Source: an uncultured Bacilli bacterium
GTDB taxonomy: Bacteria > Bacillota_I > Bacilli_A > RF39 > UBA660
Direction: 5' to 3'
Assembly (NCBI GenBank): GCA_958413985.1
Contig: CATYVZ010000006.1
Coordinates: 2,072-66,071 of the forward strand
DNA length: 64,000 bases
Below are positions 10,542-18,523 of the stretch, piece by piece. The translations under genes were made by a program, and so were the position numbers. How positions within the stretch are numbered: the stretch's first letter is position 1; every line of letters starts with the position of its first letter. The notes beneath the pieces were generated by a model. The model worked only from the letters and a program-made list of their open reading frames with translations, made no database searches and was not told the DNA's origin.

Positions 10542-11159
10542 TACACAAATTAAAGTCTCTATATATGTCATAATCAAAAGTTGAGGATTACTTATTTGAA
10601 TAGAAATCGCTATACCACCGATAATTAAAAATATAAAAACAGGTATATATTTTTTATTTTTAAGTTTATTAATATTTGTTACCAACATAAATAATATAAC
10701 AATAATTGCTAAAGCCGAAATAAGATAAGTAAAATAAACACTCGCTCCAGTTGTATATCTTATTTTGAAATCATTCTCAATAATTATATTGATAGGTAAA
10801 ATAGATAAAATAATACCTACAATTATATAATATATAATAAATATAACATATCTATTCTTCTTAATTTCTAAATCATTATTTATGATACTATAAATATAAT
10901 AAGCAAATGTAGAAATCCATAGAATTATATAAAACAGATAAATTTTATAAATAATTACACTAATTAAAGGATGGTCAAAATAAATAAAAGAAGCATAAGT
11001 GCATAATAATTCTATTATCAATCCTACAAAATTAGAAATTATCAAAACACTGAATATTTGTGTCTCTTTACTATTTATATGTCCCTTAACATAAAACAAA
11101 ATTATAACTAACAAACTAAAAGGTACTGCACATAAAGGAAAAAATATTCCACTTCCCAT
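9228..11159 (-). CDS. Hybrid sensor histidine kinase, copy 1. It has a multi-TM sensor domain, HisKA, HATPase_c and a C-terminal receiver (REC) domain.
   Basis: H-box SHEIRTPLNAIVG, G-boxes (GTGLGLAI) and a REC domain (ILIVDDN...LILMDIMMP). The likely start is the second Met at 11159, which has a GGAGG RBS; the track start at 11177 has none. The C-terminal ~437 aa are identical to copy 2. Confidence 0.85.
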   Translation of the reverse strand: MGSGIFFPLCAVPFSLLVIILFYVKGHINSKETQIFSVLIISNFVGLIIELLCTYASFIYFDHPLISVIIYKIYLFYIILWISTFAYYIYSIINNDLEIKKNRYVIFIIYYIIVGIILSILPINIIIENDFKIRYTTGASVYFTYLISALAIIVILFMLVTNINKLKNKKYIPVFIFLIIGGIAISIQISNPQLLIMTYIETLICVIMYFTIENPDVKMLQQMTLAKDLAEKANRAKSDFLSSMSHEIRTPLNAIVGLSEDIVSYKDQVPNEVALDATDIQNASQTLLEIVGNILDINKIESEKMEIINTPYNLKKEIVSLCKVTTSRIKEKPIEFKLDIAEDLPEELIGDRIHIKQVINNLLSNAIKYTEKGMITLGIKCINEKDICKLIISVKDTGKGIKAENINKLFTKFERLDVEMNSTTEGTGLGLAITKSLVEMMGGKINVQSQYGKGSIFVVYLPQKISNQKRENIDINELSNENKKDLSGKKILIVDDNKLNIKVAIKALQDFNFEIEECYDGIECIEKVKEKEYDLILMDIMMPNMSGERALAKLKENKEFKTPVIALTADAVSGAREKYIKEGFVDYISKPFNKEQVKEKIENIFIKKEEVNTPQKVTYVYDSRTKEEYIIKDGQRNDLDNQL

Positions 11160-11187
11160 ATCATAACCTCCATACATCTATTTTGAT

Positions 11188-11202
11188 GTAATTATACCAC
11201 AC
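11188..11202 (-). promoter_or_regulatory. TRTG-extended -10 promoter for kinase copy 1 (TGTGgTATAAT), with no obvious -35
   Basis: Minus strand reads ttttttttGTGTGGTATAATtacatc, about 25 nt upstream of the first ATG. Confidence 0.4.
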
Positions 11203-11219
11203 AAAAAAAAGAATAGCAA

Positions 11220-12986
11220 TTATATACTATTCTTCAATTTTAATACTTTTGAGGCATTTATTTTTTCAACTGCATCATTTTCTAAATAGTCATAGTCAAT
11301 TTTTTCTGTACCCTTTTTTCTAGGAATCTCTGAAACAAATTCAATATAAGTAGGTATTTCATAGCGTTTTAATTGTTCTACTTGTCCATTGGCAGTTATT
11401 ATCGGTTTATTAAACTGTTCTTTAATTTCTTCTAAAACTTGATCTGATTGTTCTACTCCATCATTTAAAACAATATACGCCTTATTAACATATAAAGAAT
11501 CTTTAGCTGGAACTTTAACAACAGCACATTCACTCACTTTATCAAAATAAGAAATAATGTTTTGAACACGATCACAATATACTTTATTTAATGTAGAAAT
11601 TATATAAAATCTTGACTGTCTTCCTGTTAAGGTAAAATAACCTTGACGATCAATGAAACCTAAAGTACCAGTTTTAAAGTATATTTTTCCATCTTTTTCA
11701 AATTTAGCTTCTTTAGTTAATTCTGGCTGTTTATAATATTCCTTAAAAACATGTTTACCACAAACACATAATAATCCTTCTTCGTTGTATTTTTTTTCTT
11801 CCATTGTATCAGGATCAACTATAATTGCCTCGGTTCCAACAAGAATCTTGCCAGCTGTTTCCGGTCTTATTTCGATTCCTGTTGGATTAGTTCCACAACT
11901 TACCGTTTCAGCATTTCCTGAACCATTACCTATTTCTACGTTCTTAGCTCCATGATTTTCAAAAAAGTCTTTACCTCTCTTATAATGATTTGGAGTCAAA
12001 AAATCTCCTCCAGAAATAAATGTAGTAATAGATGATAGATCTTGATCTTTAGGTGTATAACGCATAATTAATTCTAATAATGCTGGACTTCCAAAGATAA
12101 TATTAGGCTTTTTCTTCAAATAATAACAAATAGTATCTTTGGAAATATTAGGAGCAAGAATTGCTGTTTTTTTACTCAATAAAGTCATAATTGTTGATGT
12201 GGCAAAACCATAAGGATAAGAAAATGGTACGCATACGAGTGTTCTATCACCATTTAAAGATTTAATGTGACTAGAATTTTTTAAATATACTCCTGCCGCC
12301 AAAACATTTTCATTAGTTAAAACAACCGATTTTGGTTTACCTGTTGTACCACTGGTAAATAATATCAAAGCGTCATCTTTCCCAGAGTTATTTGCCAAAC
12401 CTTTGCTCTGATATTTAGAAATACTTCCTAAACTATTAAAGTCGATCTTACTGTCATCACTAGTAATATGATAATCTTCATTTAATGATAATGTATTTGT
12501 TTTTTGTTTATCTAAAGTAATAATATATTTAACATTTGTTTTATTTTTTATATTAATATTTTCTTCTTTACTTTTATCATAGTTAATGAAAACAGGTGAT
12601 TCGAATAAATTAAGATAATCACAAATTTCATCTACTTGTGCATTAATATCTAAAAATGTCATCACCGCACCAATTCGATTACAAGCTAAAAATGCTGCTA
12701 CCGCCTGATAATAATTGGGCATACACACTGAAATAATATCGTTTTTTTTGACACCTAATTCTTTTAAAGCTTTGGAAATAGTTATAGCATCTTTAAATAG
12801 TTGATCATAACTTACTGTTAGATCAAGACAATCAATAGCATCTTTTCCTTTATAAAATGAATTTATTAATTTAATAGAATTGTAAATACTCATATTAGGT
12901 ATAATTGGATTTTTAGCAAAAATTGAATAACCTTTATTCTGTGGTTTATCAAAACTAGGATAGTCTTTAAAGTTTTCTTCCTTCAT
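11220..12986 (-). CDS. adenylate-forming enzyme, copy 1 (AMP-dependent synthetase/ligase, acyl-CoA-ligase-like)
   Basis: A3/core motif LFTSGTTGKPKSV, a YGxTE-like motif and a C-terminal domain. Strong GGAAGGGGGA RBS. Confidence 0.8.
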   Translation of the reverse strand: MKEENFKDYPSFDKPQNKGYSIFAKNPIIPNMSIYNSIKLINSFYKGKDAIDCLDLTVSYDQLFKDAITISKALKELGVKKNDIISVCMPNYYQAVAAFLACNRIGAVMTFLDINAQVDEICDYLNLFESPVFINYDKSKEENINIKNKTNVKYIITLDKQKTNTLSLNEDYHITSDDSKIDFNSLGSISKYQSKGLANNSGKDDALILFTSGTTGKPKSVVLTNENVLAAGVYLKNSSHIKSLNGDRTLVCVPFSYPYGFATSTIMTLLSKKTAILAPNISKDTICYYLKKKPNIIFGSPALLELIMRYTPKDQDLSSITTFISGGDFLTPNHYKRGKDFFENHGAKNVEIGNGSGNAETVSCGTNPTGIEIRPETAGKILVGTEAIIVDPDTMEEKKYNEEGLLCVCGKHVFKEYYKQPELTKEAKFEKDGKIYFKTGTLGFIDRQGYFTLTGRQSRFYIISTLNKVYCDRVQNIISYFDKVSECAVVKVPAKDSLYVNKAYIVLNDGVEQSDQVLEEIKEQFNKPIITANGQVEQLKRYEIPTYIEFVSEIPRKKGTEKIDYDYLENDAVEKINASKVLKLKNSI

Positions 12987-13015
12987 TTATTAATCCCCCT
13001 TCCAAAATCAAATAT

Positions 13016-13044
13016 ATAATAACGCAAATAACATTTTATGTCAA
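13016..13044 (-). promoter_or_regulatory. sigmaA-type promoter for the ligase-1/kinase-1 operon (TTGACA-17-TATTAT)
   Basis: Minus strand reads TTGACAtaaaatgttatttgcgtTATTAT, about 30 nt upstream of the RBS. Confidence 0.45.
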
Positions 13045-13090
13045 TTTTATTAAAATGACTAAATAAACGTTTTTCCGCTTATATAATTTA

Positions 13091-13459
13091 TTATTTATAA
13101 TTTTTTATTCCTTCTATATATTTTTTATAAATTATTCTTAAATTCCATAACCAATTTACTACATAATCAGAAAATTCACTTTCACTACCTAACTTATCAT
13201 TACAGATATATTTTGTCTGAAGAATATCTGATTTTTCGTAAAGATTTATCAAAATTTCGTTATCAATCATGTCTAGTTTTCTAGTTTTTTCATATTGTGC
13301 TGCCCATTTTGATATTATTTCTAACATATTATTGTATATTTCAAAATCTTCTTTATAAGTATCAAATTGTAAAATCAAATTTAAATAACCCATAAGACTT
13401 ATAAAGCATTTGCTAATATTTTTATAAGTCGGATTTGAATCTATATATTTATTTTTCAT
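13091..13459 (-). CDS. hypothetical protein (122 aa)
   Basis: ORF with no recognisable motifs. Confidence 0.4.
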   Translation of the reverse strand: MKNKYIDSNPTYKNISKCFISLMGYLNLILQFDTYKEDFEIYNNMLEIISKWAAQYEKTRKLDMIDNEILINLYEKSDILQTKYICNDKLGSESEFSDYVVNWLWNLRIIYKKYIEGIKNYK

Positions 13460-13511
13460 AAATTTTCCTTTTTTTAATACATATTATAATTTTTTATTAT
13501 TTAGAAAATTA

Positions 13512-14028
13512 TTACAAATCAAATTCGTAAATATTTTCTATGATTTTCAATCCACCAACATTTCCATCTTCACTATCGATTATTTTTCCACCTAATGCCG
13601 TGTAAAAATTTTCAGATGGACTTCCTTTTAAACATCTAACTATTATATTTTTATATCCCATATTTTTTAACAAATCAAAACATTCTGTAATTAATTTTTT
13701 ACCAATTCCTTTTCTTTGATTTTCTTTTTCTATATATATTGAATAAACTTCACCCATATCTACATAATCATTTCCACGTCCTTTACCATAGCAAGCAAAA
13801 CCCAATATGTCATTATCTTCTTCATAAACAATATAATGATATTCATTATCTTTTTTTATAGCTTCTTTTATATTATTATTTCTTTGTTCAAAATTTTTCT
13901 CTTGATTTATAAATATTTCTTCAGGAAAAAACTCACTATAAGTTGTCTTCCATGAATTTATATGTATTCTAGTTATTTTTTTTATGTGTTTATAGGTAAT
14001 CTTTGAAATACTTTTACATTTTTTCCAT
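13512..14028 (-). CDS. GNAT family N-acetyltransferase whose 5' end is disrupted by a +1 frameshift in an A6 tract. This could be a pseudogene, a slippage site or a sequencing error.
   Basis: The GNAT body frame is open from 14033 down to 13512 (...ITRIHINSWKTTYSEFFPEE...YHYIVYEEDNDILGFACYG...QRKGIGKKL...) with no in-frame start. An ATG at 14028 is followed by ATGGAAAAAATGTAA. Removing one A from the tract (14019..14024) fuses the ATG in frame, giving MEKCKSISKITYKHI... A TRTG-extended -10 (TGTGgCATAAT) lies at 14070..14081. Confidence 0.5.
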
Positions 14029-14170
14029 AAATATCACTTAATTCTTTATCTATATTTGATTCAAGATGTGATTATGCCACACGAAAGAAAATGGATATTA
14101 AAAATAATCTTATGATTTAGGACTAATTCTATGATTTATTTATCAACTTTAATATCAATAATAAAACACA

Positions 14171-14887
14171 TCATATATTTAGAATACTTTTAACTTCTTT
14201 TGCAGCTTGACAAATCAATTTAGTGCCATTTGACAAACATATTTTTCCATGACCAGATAAAACTATATCAGCTTTATATTTTGTTAACTTTATTATACTA
14301 TTAACAATTGCTTCTTTATTAAAAGCTGGATCCCCTTCCCAACCAAATAAAAATTTATTTAAGAAGACGCCATCTGCTTCCAATGTGTCACCGGTAAACA
14401 AAACAAATTCACCATCAACTTTTGCCCTAATAGCCATTCCTCCATTTGTATGCCCTGGTATCATAATAAATTCAAATACAATACCATTGATAATCATTTC
14501 TTGATCTACAAATATTTCTACATCAGGAATAAACGCAGGAAATGATTGTTCTATGTCATCTGATGTTCCTTTTGGACCGCCTTGTTTACAATAATTTGTA
14601 TCACCTGCCCCTACTATTATCTTTGCACCTGTCATTTGTAATTCTTTAGCACCGCCACAGTGATCATGGTGTCCATGAGTAAGAATAACATGCGTTATAG
14701 GCGAATTAATATTAAATTTTTTTAACGTTTTTCTTATTATAGCAGGACCGTTTAAAGCCTCTCCGCAATCTATTAATATTAATCCTTGATCTGTATTTAT
14801 ACCATATACTTCGCCTAATGTCCCTTTATTATTTTCAGCAGCAAAGCAGCTACCACTTAAATAAAATAAATTATTTGAAATTATCAA
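14171..14887 (-). CDS. MBL-fold metallo-hydrolase
   Basis: HxHxDH motif (THGHHDHCGG) with the downstream His and Asp ligands. TTG start with a GGAGG RBS. Confidence 0.75.
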   Translation of the reverse strand: MIISNNLFYLSGSCFAAENNKGTLGEVYGINTDQGLILIDCGEALNGPAIIRKTLKKFNINSPITHVILTHGHHDHCGGAKELQMTGAKIIVGAGDTNYCKQGGPKGTSDDIEQSFPAFIPDVEIFVDQEMIINGIVFEFIMIPGHTNGGMAIRAKVDGEFVLFTGDTLEADGVFLNKFLFGWEGDPAFNKEAIVNSIIKLTKYKADIVLSGHGKICLSNGTKLICQAAKEVKSILNI

Positions 14888-14915
14888 TTAAATCATCCTC
14901 CTTAAGATAAATTAT

Positions 14916-15623
14916 TTAATCAGCAATATCTACTGTTTCATCATCATTTGAAATAAGTTCAATATTTCCTTTACAAATTCTATAACATTTCCCATAAATT
15001 TTATTATTAAATACATATGATTTATCAGGAAGTCCATAAATAATTCTATTATTTGATTCTTTTATTATTGCATCCATTTGAATCTTGTTAGGATTATCAC
15101 AATCAAAATGCGGCTCAACATTAATTGTAGTTAAATCAAGTCCTTCTAATATAGTAGGGTTAGTTAAATCTTTTTCATTTTCAGGACTACTAAATACAAT
15201 TTTTGCACTATTTATTGAACCAGCACTTATGCCAACAATACACGCATCAGTTTTTTTTATATATTTTTTAAGATTTATGTTATTAAAAAACTTGTTTTGT
15301 TGAAATGCATTACCACCACTAAGAAAAATAAGTGAACTATTATTAAGTACATTATCAATATCTTCTTTATTACGATTATCAAGTACAACATTTTCCTTGA
15401 AGTGAAGCCCAGATAACGCTAGGACTTTCATATCTAATTTTAGATACTCATCATTTTGTTCATAATTATCAGGATCGCTCGCAATAATAACAAATTTATT
15501 ATAATTATTTATATTTTCCTTCATATTTTTTAAAAAATTATTATCTTCAAAAAATTTTACTGGTATTTTTTTACCATTTTCTTTTTTTATCCCCCCAATA
15601 TTACTAGCTAAAAATAATTTCAT
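14916..15623 (-). CDS. S51 family peptidase (peptidase E/cyanophycinase-like; Asp-Xaa dipeptidase fold)
   Basis: LSGGN and GISAGS nucleophile-elbow motifs, plus conserved His and Glu. Strong AAGGAGGA RBS. Confidence 0.65.
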   Translation of the reverse strand: MKLFLASNIGGIKKENGKKIPVKFFEDNNFLKNMKENINNYNKFVIIASDPDNYEQNDEYLKLDMKVLALSGLHFKENVVLDNRNKEDIDNVLNNSSLIFLSGGNAFQQNKFFNNINLKKYIKKTDACIVGISAGSINSAKIVFSSPENEKDLTNPTILEGLDLTTINVEPHFDCDNPNKIQMDAIIKESNNRIIYGLPDKSYVFNNKIYGKCYRICKGNIELISNDDETVDIAD

Positions 15624-15633
15624 TTTATCCTCC

Positions 15634-16656
15634 TTATTTATTAATGTTATACAATAAACTATTTTCTATATTTTTTTGTAAAGTTAACACTTTGTAAAAC
15701 TCATCTTTTTTTTGTTCAAAACTAGAATGATATTCCGCACCCAAATAATTTATAATTAAATTAACTACATCTTCATTAGGATATTGTAATTGCTCATTCC
15801 AATAATTTAATACACGTAAATATTGCCTAAATTTCATTCTTAAATGCTTGGATGAATGATTAGTAACATCTTCTTTTAATAAAATTGCTACAGCTACTAA
15901 TGCATCAGCAAATTTTTCTTTCATAATAGAATCTATATCAAGAAAATCTGCTATTCTTGAGCTGGATACTGTTGAACTTGTACCAAATTTACACATTGAT
16001 AAAGCTAAGTTACTGATTCCCATATCGACAGCTAACTTTCTTTCATTATTTTCCATAACAACAAAAGAAGCAAAATTCAAAAACTCGTTTGTACCTTTTT
16101 TTTTAAGTCCTATATTAAAATCCCTTCCAAAAATATTTTTTTCATCCATACCATATCGATGTCTATAATGTTCAATACTTGATTGATCAACTAAACGAGT
16201 TATTTTACTATCAACATTTTCAGTAGCCTTTATTAAATCCTCATCCGTAGAACTTACCCTTATACAAAGATTTTCAGGAGAGATATGCAAATATTTTTCA
16301 TCAGTTAAATAATCAAAAGTATCTTTAACAATTCTTTCTAGTTCTGGTTTTGCTATTATTCCCATTCCTCTATAATAACAGCCAAATTTTTGCGGTACAT
16401 TTGTTTGTAAATATTTAAATGATTTAAATTTCATACACTCTTGCACGATATATCTTCCAACATCACCGTAATTTTCAGTCTCTAAGTATTTTTTTAATGG
16501 TGAAATATTAGAACCAATAAAGTCAACCGTTGGATCAATTTTTGAAGTAACATTAACTGCAAGTTCTTCAATGTATCCTTTCTCATTAAAACAAACTTTA
16601 AATTTTTCTTCTATAAAATCTAAATATTCGCTTTTGCTAATTTTTTTATCACTCAT
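15634..16656 (-). CDS. stand-alone paralog of the alanyl-tRNA synthetase catalytic core (class II aaRS-like, AlaRS N-terminal domain only)
   Basis: 340 aa that align by eye to the first ~250 aa of the alaS in this window. DPTVDFIGSNISPLKKYL matches DPSVLFNTAGMQPLIPYL, QECMKF matches QKCIRT, ISPENLCIRVS matches IPVERLAVTVF, and AVDMGISNLALS matches the motif-3 region NVDTGMGYERV. The tRNA-recognition and editing domains are absent. Confidence 0.55.
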   Translation of the reverse strand: MSDKKISKSEYLDFIEEKFKVCFNEKGYIEELAVNVTSKIDPTVDFIGSNISPLKKYLETENYGDVGRYIVQECMKFKSFKYLQTNVPQKFGCYYRGMGIIAKPELERIVKDTFDYLTDEKYLHISPENLCIRVSSTDEDLIKATENVDSKITRLVDQSSIEHYRHRYGMDEKNIFGRDFNIGLKKKGTNEFLNFASFVVMENNERKLAVDMGISNLALSMCKFGTSSTVSSSRIADFLDIDSIMKEKFADALVAVAILLKEDVTNHSSKHLRMKFRQYLRVLNYWNEQLQYPNEDVVNLIINYLGAEYHSSFEQKKDEFYKVLTLQKNIENSLLYNINK

Positions 16657-16661
16657 TTATA

Positions 16662-18506
16662 TCACTCTACTTCTTTTTTATCGTTAGACATTTTTAATAG
16701 TTCTCCTAAATAATAACTAATATTAGATTCAGTTACACTATTATTAATACTACCTTTATACGAATCAAGTTTTAAAAAACTATCAATTTCTTTTCCCAAT
16801 TGTTTAACAGTTTCTTTATACATTTGTGTATTAAATCTAGGAGTACATATTAATATACTTTTTGTAAGATTTATTTTATGTTTTTTAATTAATTCAACTG
16901 TTTTAGCCACTGATTCATTAGTATCCCCCATCATACCAAGCATAAAGAAACCATTATAATTAATTCCTGCTTTTTTGATTGCATATAGGGCTTTTAATAA
17001 TTGTTCATTAGAATAATTCTTGTTATTAATTTTACGAACATTTTCATCAAAACTTTCAATTCCTAACCAAATTAATTGGCAACCTGCTTTTTTCATAACA
17101 ACAAGAGTATCATAATCTATTGAATTTATACAAATCTGACATTGCCATTTGATTTGAATATTAGCCTTTATCATTTCTTTACATAAATTTTTTGCGTAAT
17201 TTTTATCAAGTATGAAATTCTGATCTAAGAAAAATATTTCTGTTATTCCACGTTTTTGTATTTCTTTTAATTCAGCTACTACTGATTCTATTTTTCTAAA
17301 ACGAACACTTTTGGCAAAAAAGTTGTAACAAAAAGCACAATTAAATGGACACCCTCTACTTGCCTGAACAATACTCCAGTGCAATTTTCTTACTGGCATA
17401 TTGTCATGATACCTATAACCAAAATAACAATCTAAATGAATCAAATCATAATTAGGTATATATTTACACCATTCAGTTGGATGTTGTTCATTCAAATCTT
17501 CTCTTGTTTTAATTAATTTTTTATTCTTTTTATAAATAATATTGGGAAGATTTTCAATTGGAAGATTTTGATCCATATCCCTAATTATATTAGCAAGCTG
17601 GATATCAAATTCGCCTTTTAATATATAATCTGGGTTACAATCTTTAAAGACGATATCTGGTCTCACAGTACCATGTCCTCCGCATACAATAATTGGTATA
17701 TTATTAAACTTATTTTTGATAGTTTTTACATATTTTGTAAAAACTACATAACGATAATCAACAAAATAATTATGTACTTGATCAACTGTTGAAGAACAAA
17801 TGACTATTCCTTTTTTGTAATCACGTATAATATTAAGTAAATCAGTTAATGAATAATTATAAATTCGATTATCAAGAATATCAACATCTATAAAAAAATT
17901 ATTTTTTAAATAAGTTGCACAATTCATTAAAGCTAAAGGCGGTTGAACAAAAGTTGTTCCATTTAAAAATTCTGGTATTAAGAATATGTATTTCCCTTTT
18001 TTCTTGAATTTTTTACTCATATCATTATTTAAACTTGTAATTGCATCAGTTAAATAATCTGGGGCTTCTTTAGTAATTTCTTCTATTTTCTTTTTACTTA
18101 TATCAAGTTGTTTTGGGCTATAAACACGATGCGTATTTTTTATAAAGTATAATATAGCAACAAGTTTTCTGGGTTTCATATCCTCGATAGCAAAAATTGC
18201 ATCAAATATTTCATTCTGTAAAGATTTTGTAGTATACTTATAAATTATTGATGATAATTCAATGATCTGTGCTATAAAATTTGATTGTTTTTTAATGCTA
18301 CTAACAACTTTTCTAACATATTCTCTTTTTTCCACTAAAGTTGCCTGTTTTAAAAAATATGTACGCATAATAAGCAATAAATTAATTTGTTCTGATTCAC
18401 TAAATTTATCAATTTTTTTTATAGTTTCATCATAAATTTCTTTTTGTTTCTTATTATTATATGTATTTATTCTTTTTATTTTTAATAATAATGTTTCTTT
18501 ATCCAC
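16662..18506 (-). CDS. B12-binding-domain radical SAM enzyme (class B radical SAM) with an unassigned ~170-aa N-terminal domain
   Basis: CxxxCxxC (RGCPFNCAFCYN), a preceding Rossmann-like B12-binding region (...IPIIVCGGHGT...), and a GTG start with an AGGAGA RBS. It lies 17 nt downstream of the preceding gene. Confidence 0.75.
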   Translation of the reverse strand: MDKETLLLKIKRINTYNNKKQKEIYDETIKKIDKFSESEQINLLLIMRTYFLKQATLVEKREYVRKVVSSIKKQSNFIAQIIELSSIIYKYTTKSLQNEIFDAIFAIEDMKPRKLVAILYFIKNTHRVYSPKQLDISKKKIEEITKEAPDYLTDAITSLNNDMSKKFKKKGKYIFLIPEFLNGTTFVQPPLALMNCATYLKNNFFIDVDILDNRIYNYSLTDLLNIIRDYKKGIVICSSTVDQVHNYFVDYRYVVFTKYVKTIKNKFNNIPIIVCGGHGTVRPDIVFKDCNPDYILKGEFDIQLANIIRDMDQNLPIENLPNIIYKKNKKLIKTREDLNEQHPTEWCKYIPNYDLIHLDCYFGYRYHDNMPVRKLHWSIVQASRGCPFNCAFCYNFFAKSVRFRKIESVVAELKEIQKRGITEIFFLDQNFILDKNYAKNLCKEMIKANIQIKWQCQICINSIDYDTLVVMKKAGCQLIWLGIESFDENVRKINNKNYSNEQLLKALYAIKKAGINYNGFFMLGMMGDTNESVAKTVELIKKHKINLTKSILICTPRFNTQMYKETVKQLGKEIDSFLKLDSYKGSINNSVTESNISYYLGELLKMSNDKKEVE

Positions 18507-18523
18507 AATTCATGTCTCCTATA

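Noticed and set aside
11188-14081. A shared 18-20-nt motif, read as a dedicated operator site
   Set aside because: Most of the similarity is explained by the generic Gram-positive TRTG-extended -10 promoter. Kept only as a low-interest finding.
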